From an uncultured Dehalococcoidales bacterium (GTDB taxonomy: Bacteria > Chloroflexota > Dehalococcoidia > Dehalococcoidales > W111), in contig CAZNSC010000003.1 in the NCBI GenBank assembly GCA_964575695.1, positions 1 to 56,818 of the forward strand: DNA of 56,818 nucleotides, given 5' to 3'. Under the pieces are notes generated by a model. It made no database searches, was not told where the DNA came from, and saw only the letters and a program-made list of their open reading frames with translations. Positions 16,210 to 25,599 of the stretch are shown one piece after another; position 1 is the first letter of the stretch; every line of letters begins with the position of its first letter. The position numbers and the translations under genes were made by a program.

Positions 16210-17214
16210 ATGCCAACAAAGGAGCAGGTAATTGAAAGCCTTGAAGCCGTATTGGTGCCCGCTGCGAAACGCAGCATAGTGGGGCTGAACCTGGTGCGCG
16301 ATATAACCATCTCCAATGGTAAAGTAGATGTTGCCCTGGCGTCCACCGGCCTGATTCCAGGGGCGCAGGACTGGATCAAAGCCAAAGCCAGAGAAGCTAT
16401 TGAGAAGCTGCCTGAAGTCAATGAAGTCAAGGTGGAGTATAGTGACTTCAAGGCAAAGGAGTTGAACAAGATTGACCACATCCTCGCCGTGATGAGCGGC
16501 AAGGGAGGAGTGGGCAAGTCGCTGGTGTCAAGCCTGGTTGCCATCGCGCTGAAGCGCCAGGGCTATGAGGTGGGCATTCTGGATGCCGATATCACCGGCC
16601 CGAGCATACCCAAGATGTTCGGCCTCAACGTTCGGCCAGGCGGCAACGAAAGTGGGATACTGCCGGTGCTGTCGAGGTCAGGAGTTGAAATCATGTCCAT
16701 CAACCTCCTCCTGCCCAGCGAGGATGATGCTGTTATCTGGCGAGGACCCCTGATCGGAAAAGCGATTACCCAATTTGGGGAGGAGGTGCTCTGGGGAAAG
16801 CTGGACTATCTGATTATAGACCTGCCTCCAGGTACTGCGGATGCACCGCTTACGGTGATGCAGTCCTTCCCAATTTCAGGGGTGATTATTGTTTTTACCC
16901 CTCAGGATTTGACCACGATGGTAGTCAGAAAAGCGGTCAAGATGGCCCAGCAAATGAGTAAACCTGTGCTGGGCGTTGTTGAGAATATGAGCTACCTGTA
17001 TGTATCTGAGATAGACAAAAAGATAGAGCTCTTTGGCAAGAGCCGGGGCGAGGAAATGTCCCGTGCCGCCCAGGCCCCCCTGCTGGCGCAGTTGCCCATA
17101 GACCCGGAGCTGGCCAGGCTCTGTGATGAGGGGAATATCGAGCGCTACAACAGCGATATTGTAAGTAGTCTGGCCGACTCCCTGTCTAAAGTAATTCCAG
17201 CTAGAGCCAGGTAA
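16210..17214 (+). CDS. DUF59-Mrp/NBP35/ApbC-type P-loop ATPase lacking the CxxC cluster motif
   Basis: N-terminal DUF59-like domain, SGKGGVGKS, DLPPGTAD. VENMSYLYVSEIDKKIELFG sits where ApbC has ENMSxxxCxxCG. Confidence 0.9.
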   Translation: MPTKEQVIESLEAVLVPAAKRSIVGLNLVRDITISNGKVDVALASTGLIPGAQDWIKAKAREAIEKLPEVNEVKVEYSDFKAKELNKIDHILAVMSGKGGVGKSLVSSLVAIALKRQGYEVGILDADITGPSIPKMFGLNVRPGGNESGILPVLSRSGVEIMSINLLLPSEDDAVIWRGPLIGKAITQFGEEVLWGKLDYLIIDLPPGTADAPLTVMQSFPISGVIIVFTPQDLTTMVVRKAVKMAQQMSKPVLGVVENMSYLYVSEIDKKIELFGKSRGEEMSRAAQAPLLAQLPIDPELARLCDEGNIERYNSDIVSSLADSLSKVIPARAR

Positions 17215-17228
17215 GACAGGAGGTGAAC

Positions 17229-17405
17229 ATGACTTCATCATGGGAGAAGTTTGAGGAACTAATTAAGCAGGAGATGAGAAAGATATACTCTGAGGCCGTC
17301 ATCGAGCACAGCATGAATCCGAAGAATCTGGGCGACCTTGAGGACCCTGACGGTTTTGCTCGGGTTACCGGCCCCTGTGGTGATACTATGTCCGTATGGC
17401 TTTAA
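17229..17405 (+). pseudogene. Truncated IscU/NifU-like scaffold (first ~58 aa only)
   Basis: YSEAVIEHSMNPKNLGDLEDPDGFARVTGPCGDTMSVWL then a stop. The two downstream cluster-ligand cysteines are missing. Confidence 0.65.
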
Positions 17406-17547
17406 AAGCTATACCAAACGAGGGTTAATTTAATGACGTGCGAGTACTCCCTGGGTTACTACTCGCAGCCGCTGCTTGTGATGGTTTCACCATATGATTA
17501 GTCGTAGTATAATATAAAGGGGCGCTGTATCTTTGTGAGGGGCCAAT

Positions 17548-18220
17548 ATGCTACAGGTGTTGGTGGTAGATCACCACGAAATCTGGCGCGTCGGGGTATC
17601 AAAGATACTTGGTGAACAGCTAGGCATCCAGGTGGTAGAACCATGCAGTAATATAAATCAATGTCTGGAGAAAGTTGCCCGATATTGTTCTTCTAGATAC
17701 TGAACTACGAGAACCAAGCTACGTCGAGATTATTCAGCACATCCATGAATGTGGCTCCAAGGCAAAGGTACTCATGCTCACTCATTCAGAGAGGGAAGAG
17801 GATGTTTATTACGCTATCAAAGCAGGAGCCAAGGGGTATGTTAGCAAAGAGGTAGCAATAGAAGACCTGGTGAAGGCCATCTTCCTTGTGGCAAGCGGAG
17901 GGGTTGTACTATCCCCTATGGTAGCAACTCAAGTTCTCGAAGAATTTGCAGAATCTTTTCCAGAGAGGCAGCGTATACATCGGAGGGGTGGCTTTGAACT
18001 CACTGAGCGAGAAAAGGAAGTTCTGGTATTAGTAGCCAAGGGCGCAAACAACCGAGCGATAGCCTCGTCCTTATGTATTACAGAAAACACTGTCAAGGTG
18101 CACTTGCGCAACATAATGGGGAAACTGCAAGTACATAACCGCTTGCATGCAGCAGCAAGGATGCTGGAAGAAGAGGCACTGCATCGTAGAACAGGAGGAC
18201 CTGCTTCAAATAAATGGTGA
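17548..18220 (+). pseudogene. NarL/FixJ-type response regulator, frameshifted near 17675
   Basis: The receiver N-terminus MLQVLVVDHHEIWR... (frame of 17548) stops at 17698. PDIVLLD...LuxR HTH (EREKEVLVLVAKGANNRAIASSLCITENTVKVHL) continues in another frame. Confidence 0.65.
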
Positions 18221-18412
18221 TCTAAAATTTCCATCAGGACACAAAACCGGGGAATGTTCAATCCACTTCCACGTTTGGTATGCCCGGACGCGCAGGACTT
18301 CACAATGCCAACCCCAGTTACACATTTGCACCAGGGACTCAAGTAATAGAATGAGATTTGCAATTGGTAATCCAATATACCAAAATTGATGAGCGTAAAA
18401 GAAGTATGAGCT

Positions 18413-18520
18413 ATGAAATGTCCTAAGTGTGGAAGTGAGGACGTAAAGGTATTCACTATATCGAATACTCTATATTGCAGGTGTGCTAAGTGTGGTCATG
18501 CTTGGAAAACAGATTTATAA
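18413..18520 (+). CDS. Zinc-ribbon mini-protein (35 aa)
   Basis: My translation is MKCPKCGSEDVKVFTISNTLYCRCAKCGHAWKTDL. No strong RBS. Confidence 0.35.
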   Translation: MKCPKCGSEDVKVFTISNTLYCRCAKCGHAWKTDL

Positions 18521-18579
18521 GATGGTATTGGTGATAGTTAGAAATGGTCGCCAAAATTGTGGGAAAGTGATCATTCTTG

Positions 18580-19377
18580 ATGGAGACTGATTGGCTTAGA
18601 TTATGGCGCGAACTTGTATTGGCCGGTCCCCCTACCTCCAATAGCGAACTGGCAAAAAGGTATATGGCTGACACGCGCAAAAGGAATGAAAGACCTGATC
18701 CACTTCTTGACTTAATTTTACAGGGAATTGATGGCGAGACTACCGTTCTCGACATAGGTGCGGGTAGTGGACGCTGGACTGTCCCTCTGGCCAAGACAGC
18801 TAAAACCGTTACTGCCGTTGAACCATCTAGTGCTATGGTAGATAATCTTCACAGGAATATTGCCTCTGCAAAGCTAGACAATATACAGATAACCCAATCT
18901 TCCTGGGAAGACGCTATTGTGGAACCACATGACGTCACAGTCTGTGCTCACGCGATGTATGCTAGCCCTGACTTGGCTTCTTTCGTCCGCAAGATAGAGA
19001 GATATACAACCAGGACTTGTTACCTGGCTATACGGTTGCCACCCTCCGATGGCATTATTGGTGAACTATCCCTCGCTATCTATGGGCGCCGCCATGACAG
19101 CCCAAATGCCATCATAGCCTATAATGCTCTTTATTCTATTGGTATTTACGCCAACATGCTGGTGGAAAGTGATATTTACCGCTGGGCAGATAATACCCTT
19201 GAAGAAGCCTTTGCCAGAGCTAAACGTCATCTTCGTCTCCAATCATCTACCACTTATGACACACTCATTCGTGATGCATTGGCCAAGCGCCTCAGTCTAG
19301 CAAACAACTGCTATATGTGGCCCGATGGTATGCGTTCCGCTCTCCTTTGGTGGAGTTCTTCACCTGTTTCCAACTAG
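18580..19377 (+). CDS. Class I SAM-dependent methyltransferase
   Basis: Motif I VLDIGAGSGRWT and post-I VTAVEPS. 265 aa. Confidence 0.85.
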   Translation: METDWLRLWRELVLAGPPTSNSELAKRYMADTRKRNERPDPLLDLILQGIDGETTVLDIGAGSGRWTVPLAKTAKTVTAVEPSSAMVDNLHRNIASAKLDNIQITQSSWEDAIVEPHDVTVCAHAMYASPDLASFVRKIERYTTRTCYLAIRLPPSDGIIGELSLAIYGRRHDSPNAIIAYNALYSIGIYANMLVESDIYRWADNTLEEAFARAKRHLRLQSSTTYDTLIRDALAKRLSLANNCYMWPDGMRSALLWWSSSPVSN

Positions 19378-19655
19378 GCTTTCGTCTGGCTTTCAGCAGG
19401 GGCAGGAGCGTTCGGTTCTTTCAGGACAGTCTGCTTCTTCTTAAGGTAATCTCCCCTGGACATATCTCCCCATTTGTACATGTCCCTTATTCGCTCCAAC
19501 TGAGCTTTCCATTCTGCTCGTTCCCTATCCAAATTATCATAGGCTGCCTCCGAAAGAGCTGCACATAATGACGAAAAGCGCAGAGCGGCGTAGTTTGCGA
19601 TGGGATGGGGACGGTGGAGAGTTGGAATCTCCCCGAAACACGCCCCGACATAAAA
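19374..19655 (-). pseudogene. C-terminal remnant of a (large) serine recombinase-like gene
   Basis: The open frame has no start codon. It ends ...DRERAEWKAQLERIRDMYKWGDMSRGDYLKKKQ, resembling the coiled-coil tail of large serine recombinases. Confidence 0.35.
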
Positions 19656-19819
19656 CCGTCAGTCACGCAGGCCCCCTTTGCGTAGACCTTAAGTCGGTTA
19701 GGCCCATCGAGTCTGGTGATATGCTAAGTTAGGTGAGAGATCGAATGTAGGTAGGAAGGTTGACCCTTGATCTATTACTTGCTAATATTCAACCGAACTC
19801 TGGTGAAATGGAGAAGAGC

Positions 19820-20902
19820 ATGAACGATTTTGATGTCATCGTTATAGGTGCAGGTCCTGCCGGCTGCTATACGGCTTTGACTGCGGCAAAGAACGGGTGC
19901 AGGGTTGCCATCTTTGAGGAGCATGGCGCCATCGGACGACCCAGACACGACCCTGGGTGGCTCATGGAGTCAGATTTTGCCCAATCCGTCGTGGCCGCCT
20001 TAGGTGGGGTAGTACCATGGATCAAAGTCAAAGAATACAGGGTGTGCGATCCAGAATCCGGTGAGCTCATAGAAAAGAGTTCGCTAGGAGGCTATTTGGT
20101 CATGAGAGAGCTTCTGGAAAAAGAGATAGCAGCATTAGCGGTACGAGCTGGCGCCAAGCTGTATCTGAAAACTAAAGTCTTGAGCCTGACGAGGAAGCTA
20201 GAGCGGGTAGACGGAATTGAAACAAACTCCGATATTATCCCTACGGCTAAAGGAGAAATCTTTGTCTGTGCAGACGGGATCAGATCGGCGGACAATGGAT
20301 TTGCCGCAAAAGAGGGGCTGTGGGAAGCAGGCGAAACACGGGCCGGCGTAAGCTACCTGCTAGCGAATGCGGACGTGCCTAGCGGAGCGATTGAACATTT
20401 TCTGTCTTCCGATCCCACGTTGAACTACAAGTGCTTCTGGGCTCATGGCAATAGGCTATGTTTTTTTGGCAGTCCCTCCGCTGCGGCCTTTTCCGAACTG
20501 AAGAAGAGGGATGACAACATCGTTTCTCGCAAGATCAGGAATGCGTACCCATTAGAGATCAGCGGGTTTGCGAGAGCACTTTCGGGAAAGTATGGAAAGT
20601 ATTTCAGCAAAATGGTCAAGCAGAACATCATGTTCGTGGGGGATGCATCAGGTGGTGCGGGAAATATTCATGGGATGATACAGGGAAGCTTTGCAGGGAC
20701 AGTTGCTGCATCCGCAATTAAGGACAATGATGTAAGGGAAGGAAGGCTCTCCGAATACCAGAATTTGGTACGTAATACACTGGGAAACGCTCCGTTCTCC
20801 TTTTTCTCGGCGAGAGAAGACTTTGGCTCTTTCAACAACTGGTTCCACACGTTCCAGGAATCAACAAAAGGGATAAAGGCCACAGGACTTGACTTAGAGT
20901 GA
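19820..20902 (+). CDS. FAD-dependent oxidoreductase (geranylgeranyl reductase-like)
   Basis: DVIVIGAGPAGCYTALTAAKNGCRVAIFEE dinucleotide fold and a later GDASGG motif. ATG 19820 has a GGAGAAG RBS. The ORF opens at 19760. Confidence 0.85.
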   Translation: MNDFDVIVIGAGPAGCYTALTAAKNGCRVAIFEEHGAIGRPRHDPGWLMESDFAQSVVAALGGVVPWIKVKEYRVCDPESGELIEKSSLGGYLVMRELLEKEIAALAVRAGAKLYLKTKVLSLTRKLERVDGIETNSDIIPTAKGEIFVCADGIRSADNGFAAKEGLWEAGETRAGVSYLLANADVPSGAIEHFLSSDPTLNYKCFWAHGNRLCFFGSPSAAAFSELKKRDDNIVSRKIRNAYPLEISGFARALSGKYGKYFSKMVKQNIMFVGDASGGAGNIHGMIQGSFAGTVAASAIKDNDVREGRLSEYQNLVRNTLGNAPFSFFSAREDFGSFNNWFHTFQESTKGIKATGLDLE

Positions 20903-21096
20903 AATAATGCTTGAATGCTGGATCGGTCAATAAGGCTCGTTACGACCCCTGCCCGTCATGAAAGTACCAAAGTAGCGTTCTGTGTCCTCAATCAGCCTAA
21001 TGGTTTCAGCAATGTCGCCTCTATTTCAGTTGAAGCTCGAGCTAGCACTACAATGCTTGCCGTCTCATGGCATAATATGCTACAGTTTGACCAGAA

Positions 21097-21546
21097 ATGA
21101 GCATGCCAGATTCGGTGGATGAACAGCTAATCAGACTGCTGGGGCAAGATGCCCGGCAGAGCAGTGAGTCATTGGCCAAGCAGCTCAATCTAAGCTCGGC
21201 CACTGTCCGGCGTAGATTGAGGAAGCTCATCAGAAGCGATCTGCTGCATATTGTTGGCGTGGTCGATCCTGTCAGGTTCACTTTTCCACTGGCTGCTGTG
21301 ATTGCTCTTGATGTCGCCCACGACAAGTTGGAATCAGCCATGGAGTTGCTGGTCAATCAGCCGGAGATCAAATGGGTGTCAAGTACCACCGGGCGGTTTG
21401 ACATCGTAGCCATGGCACGATTTCATTCGACTGATAATCTTTCTGAATTCTTGACAAAGCAGCTGGCACAGATGGAATGGGTGAAGGATAGCGAAACATT
21501 CATCTGCCTGGATGTGAGGAAAGGACGCTACGTGCCACTCACTTGA
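21097..21546 (+). CDS. Lrp/AsnC family transcriptional regulator
   Basis: VDEQLIRLLGQDARQSSESLAKQLNLSSATVRRRLRKL HTH plus a C-terminal RAM-like domain. Confidence 0.9.
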   Translation: MSMPDSVDEQLIRLLGQDARQSSESLAKQLNLSSATVRRRLRKLIRSDLLHIVGVVDPVRFTFPLAAVIALDVAHDKLESAMELLVNQPEIKWVSSTTGRFDIVAMARFHSTDNLSEFLTKQLAQMEWVKDSETFICLDVRKGRYVPLT

Positions 21547-21847
21547 TCTGTCGGGTCGGGTGGTTGCCCAGGGAGCTTGAAGCAGACTGACCGCTATTGC
21601 TGCAATGTCCGTCTAGAATCCGGGCCTCCTCTTTACTAGCCATATACTTAAGGTACCTCTGGCGCAACACCTTTTCGATATTAGTCTCTTGACTCCTACC
21701 CGTCTTCTCCATACAGCCTGGCTTTAACCCCACCAAAGCAGTAATCAGGCTACGTCGTAAAGGTTCTTGGGCACCTTCTCCATGATTAGTTAATCTTCTT
21801 TTTGGTTAGAAACCGGTCTTTTGTTCACAAAGTCGACACCAATAGGA

Positions 21848-21877
21848 TTGAATATTATATTTTTGGTCACATATAAT
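21848..21877 (+). promoter_or_regulatory. Candidate promoter of the UbiD/kinase operon
   Basis: TTGAAT (21848-21853)-N18-TATAAT (21872-21877) in an AT-rich tract. This leaves a ~300-nt leader before ATG 22190. Confidence 0.4.
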
Positions 21878-22189
21878 ATGATTAGAGTTGGTCTGTTGAC
21901 AAGCAGTGTTATAATATTAGCACGTTAGAAATTCTGTGTGAGCGTCGCTTCCGGCACCTTCACGTTAGGAATGGACGGTGACACGAGGGTTTCTGAGCAA
22001 TTGCCAACTAATTCTTGCTGGATAACGCATACATTCTTCTTTTCAGGTAGGCCCAAAAGTAACCAGCTTTTGAAAGGCACCGCGATCAAAGAACAGCGAC
22101 CTTACGGAAGGGAGGGGGAACGAGTAATAGGTTTGGGCAGAACTTGGAAGACCGCGGCAAAAAGTAAAAGGAAAGGAAGGGCAAGTAAT

Positions 22190-23635
22190 ATGTTTTTTGA
22201 CGATCTCAGAAGTTACGCAGAGGAATTGGATAAGAGGGGATGGGTTACTAAAGTAGACGGAGCCGATTGGGATTTGGAAATTGGTACCCTCGCGGAACTG
22301 ATGGCTGAAGAAGCGATCGCCGGGCGGGCAAACGGTGCCCTGCTATTCAACAATATAAAGGGGTACTCGAAAGACCTCCGGATTCTTGCCAATTGCCTTG
22401 TTACTCCAAAATTGCAGAGGCTTGCCTTTGGCGATCCTGAGGGTATATCAAACATTGAAGTTATTAAGCTTTGGAGAGACAGGCTCATAAACTATAAGCC
22501 GGTTCCTGCTAGAGAGGTCAAATCTGGATTTATCACTGAAAATGTAATTACAGGTGACCAAATAGACTTGTCCATATTTCCTACTCCAAAGTGGCACGAG
22601 AAGGACGGTGGGCGTTATATCGGAACAGGTTGCGAGGTCATCACAAAAGACCCCAGAGACGGTTGGATAAACGTTGGGACTTATCGCTCAATGGTACACG
22701 AGAGGGATGTCCTCTCATTCTATATGTCACCCAAAAAGCATGGCGCAGCGCATCGTGAGGAATACTGGGCGAAGGGGGAAGATTGTCCTGTTGTAATGGT
22801 ATTCGGTGGGGAACCACTCCTATTTTGGGCTGGTGCGCAGGAGATACCCTGGCATGAAGAGGAACTCTCTTGGATAGGACATATAAAAGGCAGGCCAGTT
22901 GAAGTCATAAGAGGTGAATACACAGGGTTACCTATACCGGCTCAAGCTGAAATAGCCATAGAAGGCTTTGCACCGCCGCCATCGCGTGAAAAAAGGAACG
23001 AAGGCCCATTTGGAGAGTATACCGGATATTATGCCTCTGGGGTTAGAGAAGAGCCAGTAGTCCACGTGAAAGCCATATACCATAGAAATGACCCCATAAT
23101 GTTTGGGCAACCTCCTCTAAAGCCACCATATTGTGTCAATTGGCCAATACCTATACATTCGGCTACTATGCTATGGCATTACTTGGAGATGGCAGGCCAA
23201 AGAGGAATTATGGGTGCATGGGTACATGGGACTAATGGTATGGCTTTCCCTGTTGTATCTATCAAACAAGGGTACCCAGGACATTCTGGCGAAGTAGCTA
23301 CGTTGGCGGCAGCTATAAACTACAGGACGAAGATCGCCATCGTAGTAGATGAGGATATAGATCCTTCAAATTGGGAAGACGTGATGTGGGCAGTGGCCTC
23401 GAGGTGGGATCCTTCAGCAGGAGTACAGCTGGTTCCTGGAATCAGAGGCAGTGCTTTAAGTCCGTGGGTGCCACCGGAAAGGAGAGCTAAGAGAGATTTT
23501 GCAGAGACTGCACTGGTCATAAATGCATGCAAGCCGTACTATTGGAAAGACCAATTCCCACCCGTTAACCGGGCAAGCCAGGAACTGCGGAAGAAGGTCA
23601 GGGATAAGTATATTAACCTCTTCCAGCAGTCTTGA
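22190..23635 (+). CDS. UbiD-family (prFMN-dependent) decarboxylase/carboxylase
   Basis: 481 aa from MFFDDLRSYAEELDKRGW.., with UbiD-typical length and N-terminus. The 84-aa upstream ORF extension looks non-coding. Confidence 0.85.
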   Translation: MFFDDLRSYAEELDKRGWVTKVDGADWDLEIGTLAELMAEEAIAGRANGALLFNNIKGYSKDLRILANCLVTPKLQRLAFGDPEGISNIEVIKLWRDRLINYKPVPAREVKSGFITENVITGDQIDLSIFPTPKWHEKDGGRYIGTGCEVITKDPRDGWINVGTYRSMVHERDVLSFYMSPKKHGAAHREEYWAKGEDCPVVMVFGGEPLLFWAGAQEIPWHEEELSWIGHIKGRPVEVIRGEYTGLPIPAQAEIAIEGFAPPPSREKRNEGPFGEYTGYYASGVREEPVVHVKAIYHRNDPIMFGQPPLKPPYCVNWPIPIHSATMLWHYLEMAGQRGIMGAWVHGTNGMAFPVVSIKQGYPGHSGEVATLAAAINYRTKIAIVVDEDIDPSNWEDVMWAVASRWDPSAGVQLVPGIRGSALSPWVPPERRAKRDFAETALVINACKPYYWKDQFPPVNRASQELRKKVRDKYINLFQQS

Positions 23636-23788
23636 GCAGCTTTGCACGTTTAAGGCAGATGCCACCGGCTAAAAACCTAGGATGTCAATACCACGACAGG
23701 TTGATCGAAAAACCTCTAAAGAGATGACAAAATAGACTTATATTGGGTTGTGTTTTCATAAATACCGGGTGTTCATAGGAGGAAGAAA

Positions 23789-24538
23789 ATGGTGTTCAAA
23801 CCGCTGAGACTGAGGTGGTTGGGGGTTGACTTCGGTCAATGTCTTATGAGTCCTAGTGGCTTACGTAATGAGCTTAACTTTGGTTCCATCATGAAAGACC
23901 TGGGCAGGCCAGATGAAATTGCTGAAAAGATCCGACGTTACCGCCGCCTGAAAGAGAAGTATGGTTCAATGGGTGCTATAAAAGAAGGACACAGGAATGA
24001 AATCCTGGAATATGTCTTTGATGGCGATACAGAGGCTATGGCCGTTTTCGGCAAATATGAGACAGAATTGCTCTCGCTTGGGAGAGGTGCTGTCGATACA
24101 TTGCCATGGTTAAGAGATCAAGGGATTGAGCTAGACCTGGTGGCCGAAGGTAAGAAAACATTGGGCCCGATTACGTCTCACCAAGTCTTTACATTTCTGC
24201 GAGTCAAAGGACTGACGCAATACTTCCGCTTTGTCACTATGCCCATAGGTAAGACTGATCTGCTGGATTTTAGTACCGACCTATCTTGTGAAGGCAAAAC
24301 TAAGGAATCGGGTACACTGTGGGATTGTGTGATTGAAGACCTAACCAAGCGAGGCTTCAAAATAGACGAGTGTGCTGTCATTGGTGACAAGCTGGTCACT
24401 GACATTGAGCCGACCCGCAAGAGAGGCTTCCATACAATTCAATTCGCTGGATATGTTGATGGTGGGGATTCTGCAGATGCTGAATACAAGGTCTACAGCT
24501 GGTCGGAGCTGAAAGACTTTGTTGTAGGAGTAAAGTAG
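23789..24538 (+). CDS. HAD-superfamily-like hydrolase with degenerate motif I
   Basis: Motif I reads GVDFGQC (DxG instead of DxD). Motif IV is VIGDKLVTDI. AGGAGGAAG RBS. Confidence 0.6.
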   Translation: MVFKPLRLRWLGVDFGQCLMSPSGLRNELNFGSIMKDLGRPDEIAEKIRRYRRLKEKYGSMGAIKEGHRNEILEYVFDGDTEAMAVFGKYETELLSLGRGAVDTLPWLRDQGIELDLVAEGKKTLGPITSHQVFTFLRVKGLTQYFRFVTMPIGKTDLLDFSTDLSCEGKTKESGTLWDCVIEDLTKRGFKIDECAVIGDKLVTDIEPTRKRGFHTIQFAGYVDGGDSADAEYKVYSWSELKDFVVGVK

Positions 24539-24764
24539 ATGGGAAAAGGGGATGTGTTCAGGTTTGTATAACGGCGGTGCATTGCCAGGTAGATAACATG
24601 GAGGCGATAGCGAGGGTGACAGGAATAGGTTACGACACCTCGAAATCATAGAAGGGGGGGAACGAACTTATTCACGCTGAGCATCTGGCGAGAACTGGAG
24701 AAAATGATCAAGCTACCAGGTTAGTCTTCCGCTAACAAACTGACATAAGCAAAGGAGTAAAGGG

Positions 24765-25457
24765 ATGAATATACCGAAGCGCTTATTAATCGAGTATGAG
24801 GATGGCTCGACAAAGGCAATGCCTTTCAGCGATGTAGATAGGCAAATGCAGTTTGAACTGGCAAAGTTTGGAGTTTGTCCACCACCCGGTGGGGTCAGGT
24901 CATCAAAGCAGTATCTCGTGTTTAGATGGAACGATAAGTGGCAGGAGGTTGCCGGTCTAGACAGTGATGTCGCCGAGCTATTGCGATACTATGTTGTCGA
25001 GAGAATCGAAAACAGTGGAAGACTTGCACTTGAAGTCGGGAATGACTATCCGGAAGTGTTTATCATCGGGCGAAAGCCAAGGGAATTGACCAGCTTATTG
25101 ATTATCGATAGAAACAGCGGCGTGAAGTCATATGGGATGCAATCTGAAGTGCAAAGACGGGAAGGATTCCTTGACGACGGCGGTAAGAACGAGTACGTCA
25201 AGTTTGATAAAAAGGGCCCGCGTTATCCTCATGAATTTAGCGAAGAGCCTGATACCTTGGCTGAAGTAAGGGACTCCGTAAAAAGAGAACTGGACGCGAG
25301 AGGACTCAGTCCCGAGCAGTTGTTGGCAATGGACGAGCCCGAGCGTATTGATTCCTACAAAGAGGTCGCTAAAGGGATAGGCGTGAGAGCAAGAGAGAGA
25401 CAGGAAGACGTGTATGGTTTCATTGAATTGATGGTGGGATTTCTGGCTGCCCGATAA
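24765..25457 (+). CDS. Hypothetical protein (230 aa)
   Basis: AAAGGAG RBS. No family recognised by eye. Embedded in the UbiD/kinase operon. Confidence 0.6.
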   Translation: MNIPKRLLIEYEDGSTKAMPFSDVDRQMQFELAKFGVCPPPGGVRSSKQYLVFRWNDKWQEVAGLDSDVAELLRYYVVERIENSGRLALEVGNDYPEVFIIGRKPRELTSLLIIDRNSGVKSYGMQSEVQRREGFLDDGGKNEYVKFDKKGPRYPHEFSEEPDTLAEVRDSVKRELDARGLSPEQLLAMDEPERIDSYKEVAKGIGVRARERQEDVYGFIELMVGFLAAR

Positions 25458-25599
25458 AGGTAGAAATTTGGGTAATGGTGACACCACGGTTTTCCAAGAG
25501 AGGTAATAAGAAGGATAACGACAGGTATGGGAATTTGCCGCATCGTAGGTGAGCTATTCAGGAGGAAGGGGAGATATTGTTGTAAAAAAGGGGGGTGTC

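Noticed and set aside
21539-21736. 65-aa minus-strand ORF with ..YLKYMASKEEARILDGHCSNSGQS.., reminiscent of the N-terminus of some DDE transposases.
   Set aside because: The similarity is too short and vague to call without a database search. I mention it only as possible IS debris.
21938-22189. 84-codon N-terminal extension of the UbiD ORF given in the ORF track.
   Set aside because: The extension has a non-protein-like composition and no homology pattern. A purine-rich RBS precedes ATG 22190, where the UbiD-typical N-terminus (MFFDDLRSYAEELDKRGW) begins.
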